From assembly GCA_002504405.1 (NCBI GenBank), contig DARO01000006.1:19189-83188 (forward strand): 64,000 nt of DNA, in the 5' to 3' direction. This document shows positions 9,965-20,760 of the stretch, in pieces; position 1 is the first letter of the stretch, and each line of letters opens with the position of its first letter. The stretch comes from Methanomassiliicoccaceae archaeon UBA71 (GTDB taxonomy: Archaea > Thermoplasmatota > Thermoplasmata > Methanomassiliicoccales > Methanomethylophilaceae). Made by a program: the position numbers and the translations under genes. The notes under the pieces were generated by a model. That model made no database searches, was not told the origin of the DNA, and saw nothing but the letters and a program-made list of their open reading frames with translations.

Positions 9965-11752
9965 TCAGGCCTCTCCTGCGCCCTTCCTCTTCCTAAGGAG
10001 GACTGCGGCAGCGGCTATGACGACTATCGCTATCACGGCGATGGCGGCATAGATGACAATGCTGTCCAGAGGCTCTTCGAAACCGTCGACCTGTGTTCCT
10101 ATAGGCTCGGCATCGTTGGATCCGGTCACGTCGACGTAGTACTCCTTCACAGGATTGCCTTCCTCGTCGACGAATGACTTGATGGCGCGCTCAGCGACGA
10201 TGCTCGTTTCCCTCTTCCCGATGCTCTCATTGACCTCCAAGTCGGCATCCCGGAACTCCCAGTCCGCTTCCCCGATGTGATAGTCGATCTTGCCCCCTTC
10301 GATGGATACTGAGAGGGATGTGCTGTCTCCTTCTTCGTAGGTCTTCTCCAGAGATATGTCGGCGTTCTCCATATGGAACATCGTCATTCCATCCGTCTTC
10401 ATGTCCAGGTATCCAACCCTGCCGTCTACGGCGATTGTCCCGGAATAGAAGGCATACCCCATGTCTGGTACGACTGCCCCGTCCTCTGCAAGAACGACAC
10501 CGGTCTGGGAACCGGCCTTTAGGGTCATGTCCATGGTGAGGGTCAAGTTGATGTTCTTCAGCGTAGCCTCATTGCCCAGCATGTTGCCGTCGGAATCCGT
10601 GGTGCTCTCCAGGTAGTATCCGTTGCCCAGGGAGAGCTTGATGCTCGAGGACTGGTCAGAGAGGACTATGTCGGTAGCAGACATGCTGTAGGATACCTGC
10701 CCTTCGGCCTTGAGGTCGGAAACCACAAAGGCGTCCTCGCTTCCACTGCCCTGATACTGGCTCTTTCTGTTGTAATCGAAATCACCGACCACGGCATCGA
10801 ATGTTACCATCCCGGCATAGTCGACTCCGGCATTCGTGCCGTCGATGGATGAGACGACGCTGACATTCGCTGATACGCCACTGGCTGAGATGTCCGTTGA
10901 ACTGGAATACTGAAGATCGGGATCAGAGTAATCCTGCTTGTAGGAGAACGACCCCATCGAGGCTTTCATATCGAGGGCGTAGTCTGTCGCCCCCTTGTAG
11001 GAAACATCGATGGATGCGTTGATTTTGCCTATTTCGAGGGAATCCTGATGGCTGTCATCGTATGTGCTCTCTATCGAGACAGAACCCACGGAGAATTCTG
11101 CTGCGATCGTTCCCTGGAGAACGGGCGTCATCTGCGCATCCGACACATCTTCAATCACAGAAGGGGGAATAATGTCTGCTTTGGCCGAGAACGACACGTC
11201 CTTGGCAGTGAGCACGGATGTTTCGGATCTGAGCATGGCGCTCGGGATGTTGGCATTCATATCTATTTCGATCCCAGAGTCGGACGGAACCGCGTCCATG
11301 CTCAATGAATCGATGTCCAAGGACAGGGTCTCGGACTCCACCCCACCGACGATTCCGAACATCTTGACCTGGATGTCCCCGTCGATGCTCAGGTCTACGG
11401 TTATGTCCATCTTCTTGAGGTCTATGTCGGACTTCATAGACACGCTTCCGTCGACTATGACCTGCACCTTGTTCATGATGACTGCTGATGTGCCCATGAA
11501 CGCTACGGTGGATCCGGCCTCCAGGGTTATGGCGGTACCGTCGCCAGTGAGAACGAAGTTGCTTCCAACGGTCAGGGTTGATCCGGCGTCTATCAGATAT
11601 CCGCCCTCAGGTATTTCCACATCGCCCGTGAGCTCAAGGGAGTCGCCTGCGACATCGGCTGCATCCGAATCATCGGAGCATGACCCGAGCACAAAGGGCA
11701 CTGCGAGCATGACGGCGAAGACCAGGGCTGCCATCGCTAGTTTCTTTCTCAT
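9965..11752 (-). CDS. Secreted, membrane-anchored adhesin-like protein
   Basis: Signal peptide ending SDDSDA, S/D/I-rich beta-type body, and C-terminal TM plus RKRK tail. Confidence 0.75.
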   Translation of the reverse strand: MRKKLAMAALVFAVMLAVPFVLGSCSDDSDAADVAGDSLELTGDVEIPEGGYLIDAGSTLTVGSNFVLTGDGTAITLEAGSTVAFMGTSAVIMNKVQVIVDGSVSMKSDIDLKKMDITVDLSIDGDIQVKMFGIVGGVESETLSLDIDSLSMDAVPSDSGIEIDMNANIPSAMLRSETSVLTAKDVSFSAKADIIPPSVIEDVSDAQMTPVLQGTIAAEFSVGSVSIESTYDDSHQDSLEIGKINASIDVSYKGATDYALDMKASMGSFSYKQDYSDPDLQYSSSTDISASGVSANVSVVSSIDGTNAGVDYAGMVTFDAVVGDFDYNRKSQYQGSGSEDAFVVSDLKAEGQVSYSMSATDIVLSDQSSSIKLSLGNGYYLESTTDSDGNMLGNEATLKNINLTLTMDMTLKAGSQTGVVLAEDGAVVPDMGYAFYSGTIAVDGRVGYLDMKTDGMTMFHMENADISLEKTYEEGDSTSLSVSIEGGKIDYHIGEADWEFRDADLEVNESIGKRETSIVAERAIKSFVDEEGNPVKEYYVDVTGSNDAEPIGTQVDGFEEPLDSIVIYAAIAVIAIVVIAAAAVLLRKRKGAGEA

Positions 11753-11938
11753 TTCATCACCTACGGCAGAGCCGTTGTGATGATATCGTTTTAGATGTTA
11801 TAAACCAACAATCTGCCGGACGGGTCCCCTCTGTACCGCTCCGACCGGCTTTATGGAGAACAGGCCATCCTGCTGGGGATCGACCATTGTTTCATGCTTC
11901 GAACGAACCAGAACGCAATCGCTTTCGGCAAAATAGTT

Positions 11939-11962
11939 TGGCCTCCCCGCATGGGGAGGCCA
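11939..11962 (-). terminator. Hairpin after rubrerythrin
   Basis: TGGCCTCCCC-GCAT-GGGGAGGCCA, a 10-bp stem 9 nt after the stop. Confidence 0.65.
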
Positions 11963-11971
11963 GTAGTTGAA

Positions 11972-12511
11972 TCACCAGTTGGTGGCCCTGATCTCGAAGA
12001 ACGACTGGGCGTGCTTGCAGACCGGGCAGACCTGGGGGGCCTCCTCGCCGACATGGATGTATCCGCAGTTGCGGCATTTCCACATGACGACCTTGTCCTT
12101 CTTGAAGACGATGCCTCCCTCGATGTTCTTCAGGAGGTCGAGGTACCTCTGCTCGTGAGTCTTCTCGATGTTGCCTACGGCCTCGAAGAGGTCGGCGATC
12201 TCGGTGAAGCCCTCCTCCCTGGCCTCCTTGGCGAAGTCGGCGTACATGGTGGTGTACTCGTAGTTCTCACCGGCGGCGGCGTCCTTCAGGTTCTCGACGG
12301 TCTTGGGAACCTTTCCGTCATGGAGGGCCTTGAACCACAGCTTGGCGTGCTCCTTCTCGTTCTCAGCGGTCTCGAGGAAGATGTCCGCGATCTGCTCGTA
12401 GCCCTCCTTCTTGGCCTGGGAGGCATAGTAGGTGTATTTGTTCCTGGCCATGGACTCGCCGGCAAAGGCGGTCTGCAGGTTTGCTTCTGTTTTGGATCCT
12501 TTGAGTTCCAT
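11972..12511 (-). CDS. rbr: Rubrerythrin
   Basis: [19 protein letters not shown], ExxH diiron motifs and C-terminal CRNCG...CPVC rubredoxin domain. Confidence 0.95.
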   Translation of the reverse strand: MELKGSKTEANLQTAFAGESMARNKYTYYASQAKKEGYEQIADIFLETAENEKEHAKLWFKALHDGKVPKTVENLKDAAAGENYEYTTMYADFAKEAREEGFTEIADLFEAVGNIEKTHEQRYLDLLKNIEGGIVFKKDKVVMWKCRNCGYIHVGEEAPQVCPVCKHAQSFFEIRATNW

Positions 12512-12594
12512 GTTGAGTCCCTCTTGAACGGGTGAGTTATATACGACCCTAATAAACGTTTCAGGATAACGTCCGAAACTCCATGTCCGTTAAG

Positions 12595-13290
12595 TCAGCG
12601 CTTGAACTTGGAGAGCCCTTTCCTCTTGAGATTGCCGTCCTTGTCGAACTTCTCCCTCATGAGACGGGAGTAGTTCTTGTTGACAAGGGGATCGTCAGGC
12701 TTCATGCCGCGGAGGATCTCGAGTTCCTTCTTGGCACTGACATAGTCCTTGATGTCGTTCAGCAGGAGCACGGAGTAGTTGAGGTGGTAGTCGTAGCACT
12801 GCGGATCCAGCTCGATGGCCTTGAGGTAGTACTTCTGGGCACCCTTGAAGTCCGTGATCTGATGACGGAGGAACAGGGCGTAAGCGTTGCACAGCGGCGC
12901 GGATGGCTCCACCTCCAGCAGGTGCTCGTAGATCTCCTGCGTCCTCTTGTTGTTCTTCTTGTCCTCGGAGAGCACGGTCACCAAGGCCTTCATGGCCTCC
13001 GTGTTGTCCGGTTCGAGGTCCAGGACAATCTCGAGCTGCAAGATCCCGTACCTCTTGTCCTTTAGGTTGTGGACGCCAATGTCCGCGAGAAGGATCCTCG
13101 GCTTCGTGTTGTGGGGGTCCGTGGCGAGATACGCCTCGAGTGTGTCCACAGCACCGTCCGGATTGCCGCTGTCGGCCTGCCTCCTTGCCTTGCTCATTGC
13201 CTCGTACGCTGGATCGCTCATGGCAGGCCTAACGACTTCGTGTATTAAGCAGATGACGTCGGCATCTTCCATGAACAACCAAGAGTGCAT
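12595..13290 (-). CDS. Tetratricopeptide repeat protein
   Basis: TPR-like helices (AQKYYLKAIELDPQCYDYHLNYS). Start is uncertain (13290, 13272 or 13221). Confidence 0.75.
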   Translation of the reverse strand: MHSWLFMEDADVICLIHEVVRPAMSDPAYEAMSKARRQADSGNPDGAVDTLEAYLATDPHNTKPRILLADIGVHNLKDKRYGILQLEIVLDLEPDNTEAMKALVTVLSEDKKNNKRTQEIYEHLLEVEPSAPLCNAYALFLRHQITDFKGAQKYYLKAIELDPQCYDYHLNYSVLLLNDIKDYVSAKKELEILRGMKPDDPLVNKNYSRLMREKFDKDGNLKRKGLSKFKR

Positions 13291-13329
13291 CGAGGAACCT
13301 GTTTTGTAGGTGTACGCTATTTCATATGC

Positions 13330-13713
13330 ATGGAAGCCAAGACTGCGGCAATATCGTTCGTAGGCGGATTGGTGATGACCTTGGTTCTGGTCGTCCTGGT
13401 TCCCGTGTTCATCGACACATACGCCTCCAAATGGATATCTGACGTGGTCGGAGACAACCAGTTCCTGTTTCTATCCTCGGACATCATCATAACTCTGCTG
13501 GTTTGGCTGGTGATCATAGCGTTCATGGTGGTACTCGGCGCCGGAGGCATCCTGAAGAAGTTCGGGATTTTCGGGATCGTCGGACTGATCGTGGCCTACT
13601 GGCTGCTCGGCGACGTGACCGATGCGATCGTGCCTCTTGTGACCCTTGCGATAATCCTGGTGATTCTCAAGACCATCCAGATCAAGAAGTCCAAGAATAA
13701 TACGGAGAAATGA
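13330..13713 (+). CDS. Small membrane protein of unknown function
   Basis: About 4 hydrophobic helices, basic C-terminus and host-like codon usage. Confidence 0.7.
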   Translation: MEAKTAAISFVGGLVMTLVLVVLVPVFIDTYASKWISDVVGDNQFLFLSSDIIITLLVWLVIIAFMVVLGAGGILKKFGIFGIVGLIVAYWLLGDVTDAIVPLVTLAIILVILKTIQIKKSKNNTEK

Positions 13714-13806
13714 CGGAATCAAACCATCAGTTTTAAATATAATGAGTAAATCGGCATTTTAGGCAGGGTCTCGTTCAAGTCAGTTTTCCTCCTAAAAAAC
13801 CGGGAT

Positions 13807-14946
13807 TTACCTTCCCTGCCGCTTTTTCTTCTCGAACCTTTCGCAGATTGTCTGGACAGCGCCCTTCTCGAAGTTGTTCGCATATAGGATGCCGTACATT
13901 GCTGATGTCACCGCCAGCGGGATAAGGAAAGTCACATAGTTCCTGATGATGTCCCAAACACTGGTACCCAGATACACCGACAGGAGGAACATCATCATGA
14001 AGGCACCCATGGTCGCGAAAGTGGTGAACAGCCTCCTCTTCGCACCTGTCCACAGGTAGTAGTCCCTGGGAGCGTCGGAGGTCACCTTTGCACCTAGATG
14101 CCTGAAGATCTGCCAAGGCAGAATCAGTGCCGGAGTGAACATCGACAGCATCAGCATTATGGCTATCATGGTGTGCCAGTCCATCACTGCCCAGAAGTAC
14201 GGGTTGAGGAACAGGTACGAGGATATCATCAGCCCCAGGATGAAGAGGTAGAGCGAGACGCTGAGGCATCCGTAAAAATCGAACAGATGGCGGCTGTTCG
14301 GCGGCTCCAGGACCACCTCGTGAACATCTATTATGTCCGGGATCATGAAGAATTTCTCGGACTTCCCCCTCTTCCCCTCGTCTGCATGCCTCTGAAGATT
14401 GCTGAAGGTCGTCGGCATGTAGATGCGGAGGTAGGAGGACACAACGGTCAGAACCCCTATCGATGTGAAGTAAAGGATCGCCAGGGTCCCCAGGAACCCG
14501 ATGATGTCCTCCGAGATCCCCTCGACGGGTATGCCCACGAAGCCGATCATGTCGACGATCGCCTCGGCGAAATAGACATGGCCGGTGAAGAGCCCTGCGA
14601 ACCATAGGAGGATGCTGAGCACCACTGCCTCGGCGAAGACTGCCCAGTTGCTGAATATCCCCTTCTCCATGGTGATCATGCATGGGACACCAAGCAAGGC
14701 GAAGCATGAGACGAATACCAGACAGAGGACTTCCAGGATCTTTGAGATCGAGTAGTCCCCCAGGAAGACTATCCCCGCGATCCACACCAGAAGGCACATA
14801 GCCAGGAAGTACGGGAATGAACGGACGACCCTCTCATCCTTGTTGATGACCTTTATGGCGTCCCTCCTCGGACCCAGCCTCCCGACGAAAGAGTCTATGT
14901 TGTCATTGACAGACTCCAACAATCTGAAAGGCTTTTCCCAGACCAT
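13807..14946 (-). CDS. Polytopic membrane protein of unknown function
   Basis: About 8 hydrophobic segments in a long ORF. Probable start MVWEKPF. Confidence 0.7.
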   Translation of the reverse strand: MVWEKPFRLLESVNDNIDSFVGRLGPRRDAIKVINKDERVVRSFPYFLAMCLLVWIAGIVFLGDYSISKILEVLCLVFVSCFALLGVPCMITMEKGIFSNWAVFAEAVVLSILLWFAGLFTGHVYFAEAIVDMIGFVGIPVEGISEDIIGFLGTLAILYFTSIGVLTVVSSYLRIYMPTTFSNLQRHADEGKRGKSEKFFMIPDIIDVHEVVLEPPNSRHLFDFYGCLSVSLYLFILGLMISSYLFLNPYFWAVMDWHTMIAIMLMLSMFTPALILPWQIFRHLGAKVTSDAPRDYYLWTGAKRRLFTTFATMGAFMMMFLLSVYLGTSVWDIIRNYVTFLIPLAVTSAMYGILYANNFEKGAVQTICERFEKKKRQGR

Positions 14947-15026
14947 GAACCTCAAAAAGGTGCCAGGGTAATAAAACCTAGTGTCCCGGGTGCACAATTA
15001 TATGGATGCAACCCATGCCCGGAACC

Positions 15027-16181
15027 ATGGGCGAGCAGAAAGGGCTCAAGAACCGCGGCTACAGCGCCGCCGACATGGAGGAACGCCGCGCAGCGGCCGA
15101 GGAGTTCACAGGTGCCAGCCTGGACACCATAGCCAAATGCGGCCTGGATCCTGAGACGGCTTCCAAGAACATAGAGAACATGATAGGCACAGTTCAGATA
15201 CCTCTTGGATACGCGGGACCCGTAAGGATCTCCGGGGGAGAGGCGAACGGGGAGTTCCTTGTTCCGCTGGCGACCACCGAGGGAGCGCTCGTCGCATCGA
15301 TATCTCGGGGGATGTCGGTCATGAACGACGGAGGCGGGGTTAGGGCCAGGGTCCTGTCTGATGCTATGACTAGAGCACCCGTCCTCAGAGTCGATGGCAT
15401 CGACCATGCCTGCAGGGTGATGGAGTGGATCGACTCCAACATGGACGCCATCGAGGCCGCCGTGGCGGAGACCACCAGCCACGGCAAGCTGATAAGGATA
15501 GACAAGTACCCAGCAGGCAGGAGCCTCTACCTCAGGTGCGCTTACAGCACCGGCGACGCCATGGGGATGAATATGGCCACCATAGCCACGGAGGCCGTTT
15601 GCCGCCTGATTGAGAAGGAGACGGGGGCCGTCATGGTATCGGTATCCGGAAACATGTGCTCAGACAAGAAACCCGCCGCGATCAACATGATCAACGGTCG
15701 CGGGAAGACCGTGGTGGCTGAGGCCACTATCCCGAAGGAAGTCGTCGAGAAGAGACTCCATGCCACATCGGCCGCGATAGCGGAGACCAACTACAGGAAG
15801 AACCTCCTGGGCAGCAGCCTCGCCGGAACCCTGGGGGCGAACGCCCATGCTGCCAACATGGTCGCCGCGCTCTTCATAGCTACTGGGCAGGACCCTGCAC
15901 AGGTCGTCGGCGGAAGCATGGCCGTCACCACGTGCGAGGACGTCGACGGGGACCTCTACATATCCGTAAGGATGCCCACGGTCGAGGTGGGGACCGTCGG
16001 AGGAGGGACCAGGTTGCCCTGCCAGAGGGAGGCCCTCCAGATGATCGGTTGCCTCGGCGAGGGGAAGGCGAGGAAGCTGGCGGAGATCGTCGCCGCCACC
16101 GTCCTCGCGGGCGAATTGTCGACGCTCGCCGCCCAGGCGGCAGGCCAGCTCGGTGCCGCCCACGCCGCGCTCGGAAGATGA
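15027..16181 (+). CDS. hmgA: HMG-CoA reductase (NADPH, class I)
   Basis: ENMIG, PLATTEGALVAS, TGDAMGMNM and GTVGGGT motifs. Confidence 0.96.
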   Translation: MGEQKGLKNRGYSAADMEERRAAAEEFTGASLDTIAKCGLDPETASKNIENMIGTVQIPLGYAGPVRISGGEANGEFLVPLATTEGALVASISRGMSVMNDGGGVRARVLSDAMTRAPVLRVDGIDHACRVMEWIDSNMDAIEAAVAETTSHGKLIRIDKYPAGRSLYLRCAYSTGDAMGMNMATIATEAVCRLIEKETGAVMVSVSGNMCSDKKPAAINMINGRGKTVVAEATIPKEVVEKRLHATSAAIAETNYRKNLLGSSLAGTLGANAHAANMVAALFIATGQDPAQVVGGSMAVTTCEDVDGDLYISVRMPTVEVGTVGGGTRLPCQREALQMIGCLGEGKARKLAEIVAATVLAGELSTLAAQAAGQLGAAHAALGR

Positions 16182-16226
16182 TGCCATTGCCCCGGTCCCG
16201 CCTGTGTGGCGGTCCGGGGCGACACC

Positions 16227-16724
16227 TCATTCTGTGAAACGAAGTAGGCCCAGCAGCTCCCTAGCGGCTTCGACCGGGAAACCGTCCGGGGGATTGGCTA
16301 TGAGGGACTCCAGCAACCTCCTGACCTCTCCGCTCTGCGGGAGCATGTAGCCGGTCTCCCTTACCAGGTCCTCGCCCATGAGGCGGTTTGACCTGCGAAC
16401 CGCCTTCATCAGCAGAAACAGTGCGGGATCGTCGGATGTGGACATGGCATCCTCGGCTATCGCCTCCTGCAGAGCCTTGCTGTGGGATATCGCCCTTACG
16501 GCAGCCACACATTGGTCGTCCTTGGGCTGCTGGGGCGGGTAGGTGTACGGTATCAGCGAGATGGCCCCGTTGGGGCACGACCTGACGCAGTCCCCGCAAC
16601 CGATGCACTTGTCGAAATCTATCTGTCCCGTCTCGGTGTCCGTGGCACCGGTAGGGCACACGTAGAGGCACATGCAGTCCTTGGTGCAGTTCCTCAGGTT
16701 CCTGGAGGCGTACATCCTCACCAT
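16227..16724 (-). CDS. 4Fe-4S ferredoxin-domain protein
   Basis: CTKDCMCLYVCPTGA and CIGCGDCVRSCP motifs plus a helical C-terminus. It is the 3' part of track ORF 16227..17117, with an ATG overlapping the upstream stop. Confidence 0.8.
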   Translation of the reverse strand: MVRMYASRNLRNCTKDCMCLYVCPTGATDTETGQIDFDKCIGCGDCVRSCPNGAISLIPYTYPPQQPKDDQCVAAVRAISHSKALQEAIAEDAMSTSDDPALFLLMKAVRRSNRLMGEDLVRETGYMLPQSGEVRRLLESLIANPPDGFPVEAARELLGLLRFTE

Positions 16725-17371
16725 CAGGCGACACCCCCTGCTCTGAGTATCATGAATCCAGGAACCTTGCAGACGGGGCAAACCGCCGGCGGGTTGTCCC
16801 CTATGTATATGAACCCGCAGATGTCGCAGACGTACACGCTCGTGTGCTGGAGGAAGGACGGGTCGTCCCTGTAGCGGGTGAGGATGCTGTCCATGATCAT
16901 CGTGACCTTCTCGCTCCATGTCAATACCCTGAGGGATCCCCTGTCTCCGGCTGATGAGACGACATCCTTGGCCGCCGGATACGCCTCCAGATCCTTCCCA
17001 ATCAGTTCCAGGAGGGATGCGACCCCGTCGTGGTCTGGCACCACGCGGTTGGACCAGAAGTAGTCCGAGATCTGCTTGAATAGCTCGGATTCGCGGGATA
17101 GCTGCTGCTTCTCGCATCCGCGCGCGAGATTCGAGCAGAGGGCGCTGAGCTCCGCGGCGCTGAGCTCGCGGAGGTCCCCCTCCTCGACAGACGGTGCCTC
17201 CTGGACCTCGGGCGCCCTGACAGGGGCCGGCTCTTCATCCTCCATGGGCTCGAAGCCCTCCTTCCCCTCCCCGCACACGGGGCAGCGCCAGTCCTCTGGG
17301 AGGTCCTCGAACCTGACCCCCTCCTTATCCTCATCATAGATGTAGCCGCAGACACTGCATCTGTACTTCAT
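16724..17371 (-). CDS. Protein with N- and C-terminal rubredoxin-like domains
   Basis: [13 protein letters not shown]...WRCPVCG at the N-terminus and [11 protein letters not shown]...CPVC at the C-terminus. Confidence 0.85.
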   Translation of the reverse strand: MKYRCSVCGYIYDEDKEGVRFEDLPEDWRCPVCGEGKEGFEPMEDEEPAPVRAPEVQEAPSVEEGDLRELSAAELSALCSNLARGCEKQQLSRESELFKQISDYFWSNRVVPDHDGVASLLELIGKDLEAYPAAKDVVSSAGDRGSLRVLTWSEKVTMIMDSILTRYRDDPSFLQHTSVYVCDICGFIYIGDNPPAVCPVCKVPGFMILRAGGVA

Positions 17372-17499
17372 GAAGCACCAACCGTCTCCTTGATTCATAT
17401 AGAGAACAGTTCCCGATTGCTTTGCTAAGCCCCGTTACATAACCGCTCCGACACAATGCACGCGCGCACGTTAAATATGGCATCCCCGATTGACGCCTC

Positions 17500-19158
17500 A
17501 TGCCTGTTATCAACTTCAAGTACAGCGACCTGTGCACCATGCTTGGGGAGGACGTCCCCCAGGAGACGCTGATCCAGAGGATACCCATGATCGGCGCCGA
17601 TATGCACGAGACGGAGGGGGACTGCGACGACATGTCGGTCGAGTTCTTCCCCGACCGCCCCGACCTCTACAGCGTGGAGGGGCTAGCCAGGGCGCTGCGC
17701 GCCTTCCTCGACATCGAGCCTGGGATGAGGCGCTACGACGTTGGTGACTCCGGCATAGAGGTGACCGTAGACCCCAGTGTCAAATCCGTGAGGCCCTACT
17801 TCCTCTGCGGAGTCGTCAGGGATGTCGAGATCTCCGACGAGTTCCTCAGATCCATCATGGAGATGCAGGAGAAGCTCCATATCACCATAGGCAGGAAGAG
17901 GAGCAAGCTGGCGATCGGGATTCACGACCTCAACAAGGTGGAGCCTCCGTTCATTTACAGGCTGGCGGAGCCCCACTCGGTTAGGTTCGTGCCCCTCGCG
18001 ATGGATCGCGAGATGGACCTTGCCGAGATCCTCAGGGAGAACGAGAAGGGCAGAGACTACGCCCACCTCCTCGACGGATTGGACGAGTACCCGGTGATCC
18101 TGGACAGGAATGGGGACGTTCTCTCGTTCCCCCCTATCATCAACGGGGTGCTGACGACGGTCACAACCGGCAGGCACGACCTTTTCATAGACGTCACGGG
18201 AAACGACAGGAAGGCGGTCAAGGGAGCGCTGGACATCGTCGCTACCGCGCTGGCGGAGCGTGGCGGGAGGATTGAGACCGTCATCATGCACGACGGCGAT
18301 GAGACCTTCCTCTCGCCCGACCTTACGCCCTCCCGCAGGACCATATCCGCGGAAGAGTGCGACAGGTTCCTCGGGATCCACCTGGGTCCTGAGGGGGTGT
18401 CCGAGTGCCTCCGCAGGATGGGCATGGACACCGAATGCGACGGGGATGCTGTCACCGCGATCATCCCTCCCGTGAGGCTGGACATCATGCATGACGTGGA
18501 CGTTTTCGAGGATGTGGCCACAGGGTACGGGTTCGACAGGTTCGGAGGCCCCTACACCCTCGAGCAGACTACCGGCGGCCTGTCGCCCCTCACTACGTTC
18601 TCCGAAGACATCAGGGACGTCATGGTCGGGCTCGGATTCACAGAGGTCACCACGCTGACCCTGAGCAACGAGAGGGAGGAGTTCGAGATCTCGGGCCTTC
18701 CCAGGCTGGATGTCGTGAAGGTCCTGAACCCCATCACCGAGGACCACACCTGCCTGAGGCCGTACCTTATGCCCAGCCTCGTCAGGATACTGAGGCACAA
18801 CAAGCACCGCGACCTCCCCCAGAGGATATTCGAGATCGGGTTCGTGGTAAGGGACGAGCTGACGAAGCCTCGTCTCTGCGCAATGTCCACCGCCTCGAAG
18901 ACTTCGTTCACGGAGATCAAATCCCTGACCGAGTCCGTACTGAGGGAGATGGGCATCGAGTACCAGCTGGAGCCATGCAACCTGCCCACTTTCGTCCCCG
19001 GCAGGGGCGCCACCGTCAAGTGGAACGGGAAGGACATCGGCATGTTCGGCGAGATGGCCCCGTCCGTGGTCGTAGGATACGAGATCACTCATCCGATCAT
19101 CTTCATGGAGATCGACCTGGAGCCCATCGTGGCAGAGAAGAGGGGGACCCTGTTCTGA
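17500..19158 (+). CDS. pheT: Phenylalanine-tRNA ligase beta subunit
   Basis: DRPDLYSVEGLAR, QEKLHITIGRKR, SFPPIING, RLDIMHDVDVFEDVA and NPITED motifs. Confidence 0.96.
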   Translation: MPVINFKYSDLCTMLGEDVPQETLIQRIPMIGADMHETEGDCDDMSVEFFPDRPDLYSVEGLARALRAFLDIEPGMRRYDVGDSGIEVTVDPSVKSVRPYFLCGVVRDVEISDEFLRSIMEMQEKLHITIGRKRSKLAIGIHDLNKVEPPFIYRLAEPHSVRFVPLAMDREMDLAEILRENEKGRDYAHLLDGLDEYPVILDRNGDVLSFPPIINGVLTTVTTGRHDLFIDVTGNDRKAVKGALDIVATALAERGGRIETVIMHDGDETFLSPDLTPSRRTISAEECDRFLGIHLGPEGVSECLRRMGMDTECDGDAVTAIIPPVRLDIMHDVDVFEDVATGYGFDRFGGPYTLEQTTGGLSPLTTFSEDIRDVMVGLGFTEVTTLTLSNEREEFEISGLPRLDVVKVLNPITEDHTCLRPYLMPSLVRILRHNKHRDLPQRIFEIGFVVRDELTKPRLCAMSTASKTSFTEIKSLTESVLREMGIEYQLEPCNLPTFVPGRGATVKWNGKDIGMFGEMAPSVVVGYEITHPIIFMEIDLEPIVAEKRGTLF

Positions 19159-19167
19159 GGTGATGTC

Positions 19168-19638
19168 ATGGAGATTGGCGACAGGTTCCCCGACTTCGTA
19201 CTAAAGGATGAGAACGGCGAGTCTTTCGACAGCAGGATGCTGGAGGGCATAAGGTACGTCATCTACTTCTACCCGAAGGACAACACCCCGGGATGCACTA
19301 AGGAGGCTGTGGAGTTCACGTCCCTCGTGCCTAAGCTGATGATGCGCAACATCCCCGTCATCGGGGTCAGCAAGGACTCGCCCGAATCCCACAGGAAGTT
19401 CATGGAGAAGCAGCAGCTCAAGGTCAAGCTACTCAGCGACCCCGACCATGAGCTCATGGAGAAGGTCGGAGCCTGGGGGACGAAGGTTTCCTACGGGAAG
19501 GAGACCGTCGGCACCATCAGATCCACCTTCATCGTCGGCAAAGACGGGAGGGTGGAGGCCGCCTGGCGCAACGTGAAGGTCGCAGGCCATGCGGAGAAGG
19601 TTGCTGACTGCGCCATCTCCTGCTCCACCAAGGTCTGA
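19168..19638 (+). CDS. bcp: Peroxiredoxin (BCP type)
   Basis: YFYPKDNTPGCTKEA motif. Confidence 0.93.
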   Translation: MEIGDRFPDFVLKDENGESFDSRMLEGIRYVIYFYPKDNTPGCTKEAVEFTSLVPKLMMRNIPVIGVSKDSPESHRKFMEKQQLKVKLLSDPDHELMEKVGAWGTKVSYGKETVGTIRSTFIVGKDGRVEAAWRNVKVAGHAEKVADCAISCSTKV

Positions 19639-19671
19639 GCCTACATCAGAAATATTCGGAACGCCGATTTC

Positions 19672-20736
19672 ATGATCGGCGATCCGATGACCGTTAGATA
19701 CGATTCGAAGGAGCGCTGTCTTGCCGTCTTCCGCGGCGAGATGCCCGACAGGGCACCCGTATGCGATTTCGGTAACAGCGCGATGCTGGGATACACCGGC
19801 CACACACTTGCAGAATGCAGGGATGACCTGGACCTTGTCCGGAGGATGATGCCGGAATGGGTCGAGGCTACCGGGGCGGACCTGTTCTTCGGTCCGATCG
19901 AGACCAAGGGCATCTTCATGGACCTGCCGGGTCTTCGCATTAAGCTGCCTGAGAACGACCAGGGCTCCCTCGCATCCCCGTACTACAGGACGGTGGACGA
20001 CGTTTCCGCCAAGCCCCTGTACGATCCGTTCGATGCCTCGGCATCCCCCAAGTTCCACAAGCATGTCGTCGAACCCCTGAAGGCGATCTCCGAAGCATGC
20101 CCGGATGTCATGACCCCGGCATGGTGCGAGGGGGTTCTGACCACCTCGGGATTCCTTTGCGGCGTGGAGGATCTGCTCATGATGATGCTCATGCAACCAG
20201 ATGATGCCAAGAGGGTCATTGCAGCAGGAGCGGACTTCTCCAGGGACATCGTCTCCGCAGAGCTGGAGGCGTTCGACGCGGACTACGTGGTCTACACCGA
20301 CCCCGTGTCCTCCGCCAGTATGATCGACGACGGCATGTTCAGGGAATTCAACCTCGATCTCCTGAGCCGGAACATCAACCACTGGAAGAAGGAGTATGGG
20401 ACACCGACTATGCTGCACATATGCGGGAACACGGAGCCCATGCTGGACGACTTCGTAAAGACCGGCGCTGCGGCGATGAGCCTCGACCACGCCGTGGACC
20501 TGGCACTGGCCAAGGAGAAGTTCAGCGGGAGGATGGCAGTCATGGGGAACATCGACCCCGTATCCGTCATCCGCAAGGGCAACGCCGATGATGTCAGAGA
20601 GCATGCTCAGAGGTGCTTCGACGCCGCCGGCGAGGGCGGAGGATTCATATTCGGGGCTGGATGCGCAGTTCCCAACGGCACCCCGATAGAGAACATCCGT
20701 GCTATGTCGGAGGTCTCGAAGGCCAACCCCTATTGA
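19672..20736 (+). CDS. Uroporphyrinogen decarboxylase family protein (MtaA/MtbA-like methylcobamide:CoM methyltransferase fold)
   Basis: Zn-ligand-type MLHICG motif, MGNIDPV, and FIFGAGCAVP. Confidence 0.8.
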   Translation: MIGDPMTVRYDSKERCLAVFRGEMPDRAPVCDFGNSAMLGYTGHTLAECRDDLDLVRRMMPEWVEATGADLFFGPIETKGIFMDLPGLRIKLPENDQGSLASPYYRTVDDVSAKPLYDPFDASASPKFHKHVVEPLKAISEACPDVMTPAWCEGVLTTSGFLCGVEDLLMMMLMQPDDAKRVIAAGADFSRDIVSAELEAFDADYVVYTDPVSSASMIDDGMFREFNLDLLSRNINHWKKEYGTPTMLHICGNTEPMLDDFVKTGAAAMSLDHAVDLALAKEKFSGRMAVMGNIDPVSVIRKGNADDVREHAQRCFDAAGEGGGFIFGAGCAVPNGTPIENIRAMSEVSKANPY

Positions 20737-20760
20737 CAAACAGGGCCTGATGGCCCTGCT

